Below, in pieces: positions 14,201 through 26,691 of a stretch of 64,000 nucleotides of DNA (the first letter of the stretch is position 1; each line of letters starts with the position of its first letter). Position numbers and translations under genes: made by a program. Source of the DNA: Mobula hypostoma (lineage: Eukaryota); assembly GCF_963921235.1 (NCBI RefSeq), contig NC_086108.1, forward strand, positions 44,146,001 to 44,210,000, written 5' to 3'. A model generated the notes under the pieces. It was not told where the DNA came from and ran no database searches. It was given only the letters and a program-made list of their open reading frames with translations.

Positions 14201-14545
14201 CAGATCCACAGTTCCTTAGAAGTGGTATTGCAGTAAGAAGGTGAGGTGCTCGGACACAATGGACACTTCGGATCTCATCAAAAGTGTATTTGTTCATCCT
14301 GTACATCCTTTTTATGGTCACAAGTCACTGCTAGATACTAAGAACATAAAGTACTGCGGGACTCTCCCATCAGTGAGTTGCTTGACAGCGATGGACCTGC
14401 ATACTGCATAAGGGGTTGTATAAGGGGTAAGGGGTCATTGTATAAGGGGTCATGGTACAGGTGCAGGTAGACGGGTCTAGGGAGTAAAACAGGCTGGCAC
14501 AGACTGGATGGGCCAAAGGGCATGTAATTGTGCTGTATGACTATT
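11250..14545 (+). mobile_element. Decayed near-full-length CR1 LINE (ORF1 esterase-like, APE, RT remnants, 3' tail)
   Basis: VLVHISTNDIGRK and WDLYKWDSL..NWRWTNILEGRFA (ORF1); GEPIGSSDHSSISFQIIMEKD (APE end); RT remnants; many stops. Confidence 0.8.
11584..11700 (-). mobile_element. Penelope-like terminal fragment inserted in CR1
   Basis: Imperfect TSD GGACAYGCACAGCA (11570-11583, 11701-11714); minus strand reads CTGACGAAGGGTCTCGGCCTGAAACGTC. Confidence 0.75.
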
Positions 14546-14893
14546 AGAAACAAGTAGTCACTCCAGACCCAAGTTTTAAAGATATTGGTGGTTTATTCAT
14601 GATAACATTTGGAATCCTTGTGATCAGAGCATTAGTGCAGTCTGAGCATGCAATATTTACATCTGCCACAGTCCTCTGAGAGTTTGAAACCCACATTTTA
14701 AAAACAGATTTCATTTTGGAAGCAAGCCAAACAGCCTATAAAAATTGAAGGAAATCTTACTCCACACCCTCTGAAAGGCTCCATTTAATCTAGTTAGAGG
14801 AAAAAAGTATTTATTCTGGTCTTTCAAACTTCTATAAACATTTTTGTGCATGTTCAGGTTATTTGATTATTCATTAAAATGAAGACCACTTAC

Positions 14894-15020
14894 ATTGGTG
14901 CATGCCTCTCCTTTCTGACAAAGTTTAAACCCAGCGCAGGATATTTCGCCCCTATCAAGGCCCTCGGTTGGTGGAGCTGCAGGAAGACTTACCGATCGGA
15001 GGGCTATCAGATAGGGGTCC
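14894..15020 (-). CDS. ACOT11: ACOT11 exon, 127 nt (START domain)
   Basis: tttccag|G DPYLIALRSVSLPAAPPTEGLDRGEISCAGFKLCQKGEACTN|gtaagt; phases match the neighbouring exons. Confidence 0.95.
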
Positions 15021-16483
15021 CTGGAAAGATAATTTATTTCAGTTAACCAAATAATGGGTGTTAAGTTGCATGTTATTGGACTCTAAATTATATCATTTGT
15101 CACACATATTTTGATCCGTGAAAGCCAGCAGTGAACTAGAAATTGAGCATAAATTCAACAACCCTTGTGGATACAAGTTCTATTGTGATAACTTGGACTT
15201 TCTACTTAGCTAGTTAGAAGTCAATATACAGTATATCAAGAGTCAAAACTAATATCTGATCCCTTCCAATACAGAGAGGCACATGTTTGCAGGCTGTTCA
15301 ATCTCCTTCAGAATCTGCCTGGAAGATTCAAGACATTGACAAGCAACACAAGCTGACAAGCTGTGCACCATTGTTTGGCATGTGGTCCTTTTCAATAGTT
15401 TCATTCTGTGTCAAATTCCATAAACTAACACCTAAATTTTGTAATATGTTGGGTACTGCGAGTCATCAAGTTTTCAAAATGAATACTAATGTTAGTACGT
15501 CAGTGCAGCATAACCCCTGCATGACCCAAGCATGGAAAAGTACTGAATGACCTGACAAATTCTATCAGAGTGTCAGATGTGTAAAGATAGGGAATAGATC
15601 AGCAATGTAGCCCAGATAGGGGAGCCGACTACAGTGATGTGTTTTCTTCAATGTAACGGAAATAATCTCCTTCCAAATGAACGAAATGCAAACTTTTTAT
15701 TCCAGAATTAATTGTAATCTGTCAGAAAATCAAAATCAACAAAAAAAAACGAGGGGAGGTAATTACTGGTTTTATACCGTGGCTGGACAGAGGGAAAGTG
15801 CAAAAGCTTACTTCACCATGGAAAGAGAACAAGTTAATTGTAAGCACTAATCTAAAGATGAGTTGGGCAAACTCAGGCCGAGGTGGTTAAAACATCAATA
15901 AAGAAACCAGATATTAAAAATATTAATGTTGCAAAGAAAGATTGATGAAAGAAGTAGGAAAATTAAAGTTTGCTGGCCTGGAGCCCAGTCTGAATTGGAG
16001 CAGATCCCACAGCAGGAAAGGGAGAAACTATCTGCCCTTGAGCCTCATTTTATTCAAACAGACAGGCCACGAATGCTGGCTCTACACCCACAGGCAACTC
16101 AGTGTCAAAGACAATTAGAACTTTGGGTCACTGCATCACTGAGGAAACATCGTGCATCAGGATCAGGTTTTACAATCAGTAGCAAAGAATCCCACTGCCA
16201 AGGTTGAACTTGATGGGGGCAGTTCTGACCAACAAGGATTGAATCCCAGTTCTGTACTGAATGACCCTAGAAAGGAATTGTTTTTCCGAAGATATTTATG
16301 GTCCAGAATGTGTAGTGAGTGGTGAAATTCCCACTCTTGTCACTGATTGCTGAAGAAAATTTAAACTTGCACAGTAAGCTTGCAGTCTGACACTGGCTTC
16401 AGGGGCAGCAGAGAGCCTGTGTGTAGTATCTAGGCCTTTGCAGCACTCTGCATCTTTTGGGTGGGGACAGAACAAACTCCACA

Positions 16484-17338
16484 AGGTTGTTGGTAGAATC
16501 TCAGGTGGTGACGAGAGGGTGTACAGGAGTGAGATATGCCAACTAGTGGAGTGATGCCGCAGCAACAACCTGGCACTCAACGTCAGTAAGACGAAAGAGC
16601 TGATTGTGGACTTCAGGAAGGGTAAGACGAAGGAACACATATCAATCCTCATAGAGGGATCAGAAGTGGAGAGAGTGAGCAGCTTCAAATTCCTGGGTGT
16701 CAAAATCTCTAAGGATCTAAACTGGTCCCAACATATCAATGTAGTTATAATGAAAGCAAGACAGCGGCTATGCTTCATTAGGAGTTTGAAGAGATTTGGC
16801 ATGTCAACAAATACACTCAAAAACTTATATAGTTGTACTGTGGAGAGCATTCTGACAGGCTGCATCACTGTCTGGTATGGAGGGGCTACTGCACAGGACC
16901 GAAAGAAGCTGCAGAGGGTTATATATCTAGTCAGCTCCATCTTGGGTACTAGCCTACAAAGTACTCACAACATCTTTAGGGAGCGGTGTCCATTATTAAG
17001 GACCTCCAGCACCAGGGCATGCCCTTTTCTCACTGTTACCATCAGGCAGGAGGTACAGAAGCCTGAAGGCACACACTCAGTGATTCAGGAACAGCTTCTT
17101 CCCCTCTGCCATCTGATTCCTAAATGGACATTGAATCTTTGGACACTACCTCACTTTTTTAAAAAATTTACTGTATTTCTGTTTTTGCACATTTTAAAAA
17201 ATATCTATTCAATATACGTAATTGATTTACTTGTTTATTTTTTTCTCTGATAGATTATGTGTTGCATTGAACTGCTGCTGCTGAGTTAACAAATTTCACG
17301 TCACATGCCGGTGATAGTAAACCTGATTCTGATTCTGA
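16484..17338 (+). mobile_element. Rex/Babar-type LINE 3' fragment
   Basis: LNVSKTKELIVDFRKGK..VERVSSFKFLGVKIS..KARQRLCFIRSLKRFG..VESILTGCITVWYG; (GATTCT)n tail. Confidence 0.88.
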
Positions 17339-17339
17339 A

Positions 17340-17940
17340 ATAGCATTGAGGTACAGAGGGATCTTAGGGTCCAAGTCCATAGCTCACTGAAAATGGCCAT
17401 GCAAGTGGAGAAGGTGGTAAGGGTGACATACAAACACATGTGTTCAGTGGTAGAGGTGCTGAGTGTAAGAGTAAGGAGGTTATGCTGTAGCTATATAAAA
17501 CTTCTGTGCAGTTCTGGTTGTCCCTCTATGGGAAGAATGTGGAGACTGTGGAAAGGGTGCAGAAAATGTTCACTGAGGATGCAGCCTGAATTAGAGGGTA
17601 TGAGCTGTGAGGAAAGTCTGGACAAACTTGGATTGTTCTTCATGGAGTATCAGAGGCTGGGGGGAGACCTGATAAAACATTTTCAAATTATGAGCAGCAT
17701 AGATAAGGTAGACAGTCAAAATCTTTTCTCCAGGGTAGAAAAGTCAGCCACAAGAAGACCTGCTTTTAAGTTCAGAGGGGGAAAGTTGAAATCTGACACG
17801 AGGGTTTTTTTTAAATACACATAGCGGTAGACACTTAGCCCGGGTTACCAGGGATTGCAGAGGAAGCCTGTAGTTTGGTGAAGCTTACAAGACTTTCAGA
17901 TAGATGCACGAATATGAAGGGAACAGAGGAAAATGATTGT
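17340..17940 (+). mobile_element. Decayed CR1 LINE 3' fragment
   Basis: EESLDKLGLFFMEYQRLGGDLIKHFQIMSSIDKVDSQNLF. Confidence 0.8.
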
Positions 17941-18829
17941 TTCTCAGGATGTGGACATTTAGTATCAGCTAGCATCAAGATCAGCACATTATTCTATGCT
18001 TGGGCATTGTTCTCAGTTCCACTATGCACTCCTGCAATATTTTCCCACCCTGCAATCTCCAAGCCATCTTAACCACATTGCAGCTTGCACAGGTCTTGGT
18101 GGACGGCCCACAGTAGCAGAATCTTGTTTGTGACAGCAACAACCACAGCAGATCACGATAGGAGGAATGCCATTGGGGCTCATTAACTTAGCCATGCAAC
18201 ACCATTCCCTGCTCCTATATTACAAACTTTAAAGCTTCAGAGTAAAGTTTTAAAAACTATTTGCTACTTGCTGAAACTAGAACATTCAGACCAAGTCATT
18301 CACCATGAAGCCTTGTATATCTACAGAACCTCCTGTAGCTATAAAACCATCACATGGATGTGTTAATAACAGCTCTTGCCATAAAAACTGTCTAAACTAA
18401 GTACTTTATCATTTTGAAAGGGTGGTCTATTTGCCATCACTGGTCACTGACAGTTTCCATGAAGTTTATGCAAACTTTTAAACAGCTCCTTGCTGTCACC
18501 GGCTATGTAATTCAAGAGGACATTTCCTACAAGATACTCATGACAACTAATCAGGAAAAGTACAGCAGCTGTCTGAGTATTTGAAAATCCAAGTGATAAA
18601 GCCTTACAGTGATAAAGGATGCACAAATCTCATACAGTGCACATTGGAGACACCCATTTCAGTAATATGTTGCTGGACATCCATCGTCTGTATATTAGTG
18701 CAAGTCATATTGTAGACATCAAAACTGATGTGGTTCATGTCAAGACTAAAAACTAAAGACTATATTTCTAGGAGAATGTTCAAACAAAAATTAACAGACA
18801 ATTCACTTGAAAAGTGAAAATTAAGTTAC

Positions 18830-18961
18830 CCATCAGCACATGGTACTCTCCGAGATGCCAGTAGAACAAAATCCTGAAAGTTGCCGGCCTTGTTGACAGA
18901 AGGAGAGATCACATGATAGATGACATCATCCTCATCCACTTTTTGTATCAACTTAAATTTT
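18830..18961 (-). CDS. ACOT11: ACOT11 exon, 132 nt (START domain)
   Basis: ttccaag|A KFKLIQKVDEDDVIYHVISPSVNKAGNFQDFVLLASRRVPCADG|gtaact. Confidence 0.95.
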
Positions 18962-19629
18962 CTTGGAAGGAAAAACAAGATGAATCAAAATCCTAAAATG
19001 ATGCATTTGAAAAACTACAGTTAAATTTCTTAATTCTTACTTCACATTCTTACTATTGAGAAACCCTCACTTGTGAAAGCAAATATTTTGGGGAAAGTCC
19101 TTCAAAAAAGGAATTCTTTCACATGAGGTTGAGCAATATCAACACTGGAAGAGACTATTCAGCTGACTAGACCCAGGAGCTATCTCTGAGAAATTATCCG
19201 CCTCTTTTCACTTTCTGCATTTACCTTTACAATCTTGATGAATCCTGCTACCGCCACTGTTTCTGGTTGGCACCTCAACTCTCAACGGCCAAATATATTG
19301 TAACTTCTCACTTGTTCCACAGCAACTTAAGTATAGGTCATCTGGTTATCAACTCTCCGATTCATGGAGATGGATTTTTTTCTGCTCTGTTTTCTAAAAG
19401 AAAATCCTTAAAGGGATAATAGGTTTACCCTTCTAAGCTCTAAGTATTCCACGAAATATAAACAGATTGGAGGAATTTTCTTTCCCTCTACAAAGCTGGT
19501 GTGTGATCTCACAGATATTAAAGATTTCCCTTTAGTATACCATCCAGTGGGTCTGAGACACAGGAATTACTAGTTGGTTTGACTGCAAGATTCATCTCAT
19601 TTCCTCCTTCAGCAGCGTTTTGTTTTCTT

Positions 19630-20480
19630 ATGTGATGATTATGGAGGAAGATTAAGGCACATGGGATCCACAGAGACTTGGTAAATTAGATTCATAATTG
19701 ATGGCCGCAGTTGTGGTGAAGTGATGTTATTCTGACTGGAGGTCTGTGACAGTGGTTTTCCACAAGGATCAGTGCTAGGCCCTCTGAGTGATTTAGACTA
19801 AAATACAGGTGGTCTGATTTGAAATAGTAGTGGAGTGTGAGGAAAATTGTCAAAGGGTTCATCAGGACATAGACACTATTAGAAATGTGGGTGGGGTAAT
19901 GCCCCTTGGGAGGTCACATTTTAGAGATAACTGTACAGTAAATGGCAATACCCTTCGGAGCATTAATATACAGAGGGGAATCTTGGGGAGCTGGAACATA
20001 CTTTCCTGAAAGCGGCAACACAAGTAGATAGGGCAGTAAAAACAGCATGCAATACACTTGCCTTCATCAGTCAGGGTGTTGAATATAAACTTGTGAAGTC
20101 ATCCTGCAGTTGTATAAAACTTTGGTGGGGTCACTTTGGAGTGTTGTGTATGGATCTGGTTGCCAGGTTGCGGAAAGAATGTGGAGGCTTTGGAGAGGGT
20201 GCAGAAAAGGTTCACCAGGATGTTGCCAGGATTAGAGAGCATTATCTATTAGGAGAAGTTGGGAAAGCTGGGACTGTTTTCTCTGAAGCAAAGGGTGACT
20301 GACAGAAATATATATAATGATGATGAGAGCCATCGATGGAGTAGATGGTCAGAGTCATTATCTCAGGGTGGCAGTGTCATGTAGGAGAGAGCACAGCTGT
20401 AAAGTGAGAGGAGTTTTGTTTAAAGGATATATATGAAGGGATATAGACCATGTGCAGACAGGTGTGATTAGTTTAAACTG
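19630..20480 (+). mobile_element. Decayed CR1 LINE RT fragment
   Basis: Nucleotide similarity to the CR1 RT of 22438-23850 (GFPQGSVLGP-like, LYKTLV, LERVQKRFTRML). Confidence 0.75.
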
Positions 20481-20515
20481 ACATCTTGGATCAAAGGAAC
20501 TGTTCTTATACTATA

Positions 20516-20729
20516 AACAAGAGAAAATCTGCAAATGCTGGAAATCCGAGCAACACACACAAAACGCTGGACGAACTCAGCAGGCCAGGCAGCATCTATG
20601 GAAAAAGTATAGTTGACTTCCTGCAGAAGGGTCTTGGACTGAAACATCAACTGTACTTTTTTCCCCATAGATGCTGCCTGGCCTGCTGAGTTCCTCCAGC
20701 ATTTTGTGTGTGTGTGTGTGTGTTGCTTG
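20516..20729. mobile_element. Short palindromic Penelope-like terminal element
   Basis: Inverted arms GCTGGACGAACTCAGCAGGCCAGGCAGCATCTATGG / CCATAGATGCTGCCTGGCCTGCTGAGTTCCTCCAGC around a decayed hammerhead core; ends in (GT)n. Confidence 0.75.
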
Positions 20730-21336
20730 TTCTTGTTCTATGTAGTGAACTACAGTATGTTTTATGCAGAAAACCAGTTGATCCTTTCCTCCATGGTCCA
20801 GAGAGACAGGAAGACTGTTAGTCTTTGAGCTGTGATCATCTGAGGCGTCCCTGATCTACATTAGACAACTACTACCCAAGTTAGTTGGACCCTGCTGGAA
20901 TGTTCACTGTGCATTGGCTGCAGCTGATTCCACTTTAGTCGGTCAGTTATTAATAATATTCACTTTCTTTCTGGCTGCATCTACACATGCAGGCCTGGGA
21001 ATGGCTGGGAAATAACTAGTCTGCCGGTGATAAAGTTTAGTGTCCTATCAATAACCTGATTACATTCAGGCTCCCCCATTGACAGGGTGCTTCTCAGTTA
21101 AGCTAACACCACAAAGCCATAGGGAAGGTGGTCCAACCGATGTGCCTTGGGGGAGCTGATCACTGAGAAACTGAGAAGAGAAGCAACCCTCCATTTAGAA
21201 TGGGAGGTCCATCAGATTTAACGTGTCCCTTAATAAGAGAGAGAGAATTAAGTCTCCTTATTTCTTATGCTGCATCAGCTTCTACCCCCTCCACTGTTAC
21301 GTGAGTTCAATCGATAGTTCCGGTGCCTGTTCTTAC

Positions 21337-21470
21337 TGGTAGTGAGTGTCCCACTCATGTCGACGGCTCATATCAGACAGCAGGAGGAAGACTTGCTTGA
21401 TGTTTACAGAAACAGTCATTTCTGCTTTGAAGAATATTAACTGATCCTCTTCTAGCGTAAAAAGTTTTGC
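21337..21470 (-). CDS. ACOT11: ACOT11 exon, 134 nt (START domain)
   Basis: ctttccag|AKLFTLEEDQLIFFKAEMTVSVNIKQVFLLLSDMSRRHEWDTHYQ|gtaaga. Confidence 0.95.
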
Positions 21471-21558
21471 CTGGAAAGAGAAAATTGAGAACATTTTCCA
21501 GAAAAGCTGGTTAGCCGGAAGTCTTGAACACTTTGTGTTGCCGCTGATTTAAACTTGC

Positions 21559-21642
21559 CTTCTTCCGTGTGCAGCTCAGTACCCAGTTTTGTTTTGCAGC
21601 CAGGGTTTTTAGTGCAGAGATATTATTGTAGCTGAGGTAAAC
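21559..21642 (-). CDS. ACOT11: ACOT11 exon, 84 nt, with GC donor
   Basis: attaaag|VYLSYNNISALKTLAAKQNWVLSCTRKK|gcaagt; phase 0 at both ends. Confidence 0.92.
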
Positions 21643-21972
21643 CTTTAATAATAATAAAAAAAAGACAAACTTTTAATATGCCAAATGGTTAAGGGAAACA
21701 CCTCTTTACCACTGGCCTATGAGAGTCACCTTAGCACATAAACACGTCTTTAGTCACTGGTACAACATACTAGCAGCGCTGTACTGTGTCCCACTTCCGA
21801 AGTTTGGTTCCGTCACAGCTGCAGACCGTGGAGCATGGCTCACTACCAGTACAATATTCTACTTCCGGTATATGAACAAGCACGCCTAGCTCAACATGCT
21901 CTACCGATCTTTCCCATTACTGCTGAGTGCAGATTAGACATTCCCAGGTGAGGTGCAGTTGGCTATCTCACT

Positions 21973-24035
21973 TAGGGGTGCCAACTGTCCCGTATTAGCC
22001 AGGACATCCCGTATATTGGGCTAAATTGGTTTGTCCCCTGTGGGACCGCCCTTGTCCCGTATTTCTCCCACTAAGGTGGAGTGTTCCTATGAAACCGTTC
22101 GTAAGCCGAAATGGCGTAAAGCGCAGAAGCAATAACCATTAATTTATATGGGAACATTTTTTGAGCGTTACCAGACCCAAAAAATAACCTACCAAATCAT
22201 ACCAATAACACATAAAACCTAAAATAACACTAACATATAGTAAAAACAGGAATGATGTGATAAATACACAGCCTATATAAAGTAGAGATAGTGTATGTAC
22301 AGTGTATCAGAATCGGGAAGATTAAGCCAAAACCAATTTGTGGAAAAAAAAATTGGCACGTACATGCATGCGCACACAGGTGCCCGCACAAGGCTTCATG
22401 GTCATGGTAGTCTTTATCATGATAGTCATTATCATTAGTGATAATTTTTCAAAACTCGTTAGATTCTGGACTAGTTCCTGAGGATTGGAGGGTGGCTAAT
22501 GTAACCCCACTTTTTAAAAAAGGAGGGAGAGAGAAACCGGGGAATTATAGGCCGGTTAGCCTAACGTCGGTGGTGGGGAAACTGCTGGAGTCAGTTATCA
22601 AGGATGTGATAACAGCACATTTGGAAAGCGGTGAAATGATCGGACAAAGTCAGCATGGATTTGTGAAAGGAAAATCATGTCTGACGAATCTCATAGAATT
22701 TTTTGAGGATGTAACTAGTAGAGTGGATAGGGGAGAACCAGTGGATGTGGTATATTTGGATTTTCAAAAGGCTTTTGACAAGGTCCCACACAGGAGATTA
22801 GTGTGCAAACTTAAAGCACACGGTATTGGGGGTAAGGTATTGGTGTGGGTGGAGAATTGGTTAGCAGACAGGAAGCAAAGAGTGGGAATAAACGGGACCT
22901 TTTCAGAATGGCAGGCGGTGACTAGTGGGGTACCGCAAGGCTCAGTGCTGGGACCCCAGTTGTTTACAATATATATTAATGACTTGGATGAGGGAATTAA
23001 ATGCAGCATCTCCAAGTTTGCGGATGACACGAAGCTGGGTGGCAGTGTTAGCAGTGAGGAGGATGCTAAGAGGATGCAGGGTGACTTGGATAGGTTGGGT
23101 GAGTGGGCAAACTCATGGCAGATGCAATTTAATGTGGATAAATGTGAAGTTATCCACTTTGGTGGCAAAAATAGGAAAACAGATTATTATCTGAATGGTG
23201 GCCGATTAGGAAAAGGGGAGGTGCAACGAGACCTGGGTGTCATTATACACCAGTCATTGAAAGTGGGCATGCAGGTACAGCAGGCGGTGAAAAAGGCGAA
23301 CGGTATGCTGGCATTTATAGCGAGAGGATTCGAGTACAGGAGCAGGGAGGTACTACTGCAGTTGTACAAGGCCTTGGTGAGACCACACCTGGAGTATTGT
23401 GTGCAGTTTTGGTCCCCTAATCTGAGGAAAGACATCTTTGCCATAGAGGGAGTACAAAGAAGGTTCACCAGATTGATTCCTGGGATGGCAGGTCTTTCAT
23501 ATGAAGAAAGACTGGATGAACTGGGCTTGTACTCGTTGGAATTTAGAAGATTGAGGGGGGATCTGATTGAAACGTATAAGATCCTAAAGGGATTGGACAG
23601 GCTAGATGCGGGAAGATTGTTCCCGATGTTGGGGAGGTCTAGAACGAGGGGTCACAGTTTGAGGATAGAGGGGAAGCCTTTTAGGACCGAGGTTAGGAAA
23701 AACTTCTTCACACAGAGAGTGGTGAATCTGTGGAATTCTCTGCCACAGCAAACTGTTGAGGCCAGTTCATTAGCTATGTTTAAAAGGAAGTTAGATATGG
23801 CCCTTGTGGCTACAGGGGTCAGGGGGTATGGAGGGAAGGCTGGGTTCTGAGTTGGATGATCAGCCATGATCATAATAAATGGCGGTGCAGGCTCGAAGGG
23901 CCGAATGGCCTACTCCTGCACCTATTTTCTATGTTTCTATGTTTCTATGTAGTCTTTCTTGGGGTAAACACAAGTGTCCTGTATTTGATTGCTACTTTTG
24001 CCCCTTATTTGGGAGTGAGAAAGTTGGCAACCCTA
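21973..24035. mobile_element. Non-autonomous hAT-type DNA transposon interrupted by CR1
   Basis: 14-bp TIRs TAGGGGTGCCAACT / AGTTGGCAACCCTA (one mismatch); perfect 8-bp TSD ATCTCACT (21965-21972, 24036-24043). Confidence 0.88.
22416..23948 (+). mobile_element. Young 5'-truncated CR1 LINE with uninterrupted RT ORF (22438-23850)
   Basis: NYRPVSLTS, YLDFQKAFDKVPH, GVPQGSVLGP, KFADDTKL; (TTTCTATG)n tail; TSD GTAGTCTTT (22407-22415, 23949-23957). Confidence 0.95.
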
Positions 24036-24239
24036 ATCTCACTCCATGTGCCTTTATTGGCCATATTGGTTTTAGTTGTGAAGATTCTCAAGATGGAATA
24101 GCTGATGAGCTTGCGCGTGAATAATCACCATGCTGCTGAGTCGATGTTGTAGTTGTTGCTACTGTACAAGCAGTAACACAACATGAGGCACCCCTCCATT
24201 TAAAGGGTGGAGAGGAAGGAAGCAAATGTAATTTGTAAT

Positions 24240-24745
24240 GGTGAGACGCTGAGGCTTTATCAGGCATTGGTGCATTATGAGCACATCTGGAGCATTATGA
24301 GCAGTTTTGGGTCCCAGATCTAAGGAAGGATGTGTTAGCATTGGAAAGGGTCTGGAGGAGATTTACGAGAATGATCCTGGGGATGAAAGGGTTACTGTAT
24401 GAGGAGTATTTAATGGCTCTGTGCCTATATTCACTGGATCTAATAAGGATATTGAAAGGCTTGAATAGAGAGGATGTGTAGAAGATGCTTACAGTAATGG
24501 GAGGCCTCTAAGACCAGAGGGCATGTGCATCTGAATAGAAGGATGTCCCTTTAGACCAGAAGAGGAACTTCTGTAGCCAGAGGGTAGTGAATCTTTGGAA
24601 GTCATAGTCATACTTTATTGATCCCGGGGGCAAATTGGTTTTCCCATTGCTACAGAAGGCTATGGAGGAGATCATGGGGGGTTGATAGGTTCTAGATTAG
24701 TTAGGATGTCAAAGGTTATAGGGAGAAAGTAGAGAATGGGGTTGA
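24240..24745 (+). mobile_element. Decayed CR1 LINE 3' fragment
   Basis: Similarity to the 3' part of the CR1 RT (HLEHYEQFWVPDLRKDVLALERV). Confidence 0.7.
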
Positions 24746-25632
24746 AAGAGAAAAAGAGAGTTCAAAGTTCAAAATAAATTTATTATCAAAATACATATAT
24801 GTGAACATATACAACCCTGAGATTCATCCTTTGTGGGCATACTCAATAAATCCATAATAGAATAATAACCATAATAAAGTCAATGAAAGACCACACCAAC
24901 TTGGGTGCTCAATCAGTGTGCAAAAGACAACAGACTGTGTAAAATAAAAAAAAGAAAGAAATAGTAATAATAAATAAATCAGCAATTAATAAAGAGAACA
25001 CGAGATGAAGAGCTACTGAAAGTGAGTCCATACATTGTGGGAGCATTTCAATGATGGGGCAAGTGAAGTTGTGTGAAGTTATTTCCTCTGGGTCAGCAGG
25101 GATGTTTGCGGGCTAATAGCTCATAACAGGGAAATCAGCTACGATTGAGTAGGACCAGAATCAATGGGCTGAATGGCCTAATTCTGCTCCTGTGTCATAT
25201 GTTGCTAAAACATAGAGTGCTAAAGCAAAGAAAGAACCAGGACTTGAAGTCTGTCTATCTGATTAAGGTTGATCTTGGTGAGTGCTTAGACACAGAGGGT
25301 GAAAGTTTCATGAATAACCAAGCAAACAAAAGACAGAATTAGGCAGATTCTATCCTGGTTGTTAATTTTCACCAACACATGAAGTTTAAACTCAACTCTT
25401 CTTTGGCATTCAAGACAAATGGAGATTCCAGGGATGCAATTTCCAGCTTTTTGGATTTATGTATAGAGAGGAGAGTACAAATAATAATTAATCAAATAAT
25501 TCCTTTCTCAAAATAATCGAACTGTAAAATAATGTAAACATGAGGAATTCTGCAGATGTTGGAAATTCAAGCAACACACATCAAAGTTGCTGGTGAATGC
25601 AGCAGTCCAGGCAGCATCTCTAGGAAGAGGTA

Positions 25633-25670
25633 CAGTCGACGTTTCGGGCCGAGACCCTTCGTCAGGACTA
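25633..25670 (-). ncRNA. Minimal type I hammerhead ribozyme (Penelope-type), intact core
   Basis: Minus strand: TAGTC-CTGACGA-A-GGGTCTCGGCCC-GAAA-CGTC^GACTG; stem I AGTC/GACT; loopless palindromic stem III. Confidence 0.8.
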
Positions 25671-26654
25671 ACTGAAAGAAGAGCTAGTAAGAGATTTGAA
25701 AGTGGGAGGGGGAGGGGGAGATCCAAAATGATAGGAGAAGACAGGAGGGGGAGGGATGGAGCCAAGAGCTGGACAGGTGATTGGCAAAAGGAATATGAGA
25801 GGATCATGGGACAGGAGGCCCAGGGAGAAAGAAAAGGGAGGGGGGGGGAAATCCAGAGGATGGGCAATGGGTATAGTCAGAGGGACAGACGGAGAAAAAG
25901 GAGAGAAAGAGAAAGAATGTGTGTATATAAATAAATAAATAATGGATGGGTTACGAGGGGGAGGTGGGGAATTAGCAGAAGTTAGAGAAGTCACTGTTCA
26001 TGTCATCAGGTTGGAGGCTACCCAGAGGGAATATAAGGTGTTGTTCCTCCAACCTGAGTGTGGCTTCATCTTTACAGTAGAGGAGGCCGTGGATAGACAT
26101 GTCAGAATGGGAATGGGATGTGGAATTAAAATGTGTGGCCACTGGGAGATCCTGTATCAGAATGGGAATGGAAATGCCACACATTTTAATTCCACGTCCC
26201 ATTCCCATTCTGACATGTCTATCCACAGCCTCCTCTACTGTAAAGATGAAGCCACACTCAGGTTGGAGGAACAACACCTTATATTCCCTCTGGGTAGCCT
26301 CCAACCTGATGGCATGAACATTGACTTCTCTAACTTTTGCTAATGCCCCACCTCCCCCTCGTACCCCATCCGTTATTTATTTTTATACACACATTCTTTC
26401 TCTCTCTCTCTCTCTCTCTCCTTTTTCTCTCTCTGTCCCTCTGACTATACCCCTTGCCCATCCTCTGTGTTTTTCATCCCCCTCCCCCTTTTCCTTCTCC
26501 CTGGGCCTCCTGTCCCATGATCCTCTCATATCCCTTTTGCCAATCACCTGTCCAGCTCTTGGTTCCATCCCTCCCCCTCCTGTCTTCTCCCATAATTTCG
26601 GATCTCCCCCTCCCCCTCCCACTTTCAAATATCTTACTAGCTCTTCCTTCAGTT

Positions 26655-26691
26655 AGTCCTGACGAAGGGTCTCGGCCCAAAACGTTGACTG
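26655..26691 (+). ncRNA. Decayed copy of the minimal hammerhead ribozyme
   Basis: AGTC-CTGACGA-AGGGTCTCGGCCC-AAAA-CGTT-GACTG; GAAA>AAAA and GTC>GTT are CpG-type changes. Confidence 0.65.

Noticed and set aside
16296..16940. 214-aa minus-strand ORF
   Set aside because: It is antisense to the Rex/Babar RT fragment.
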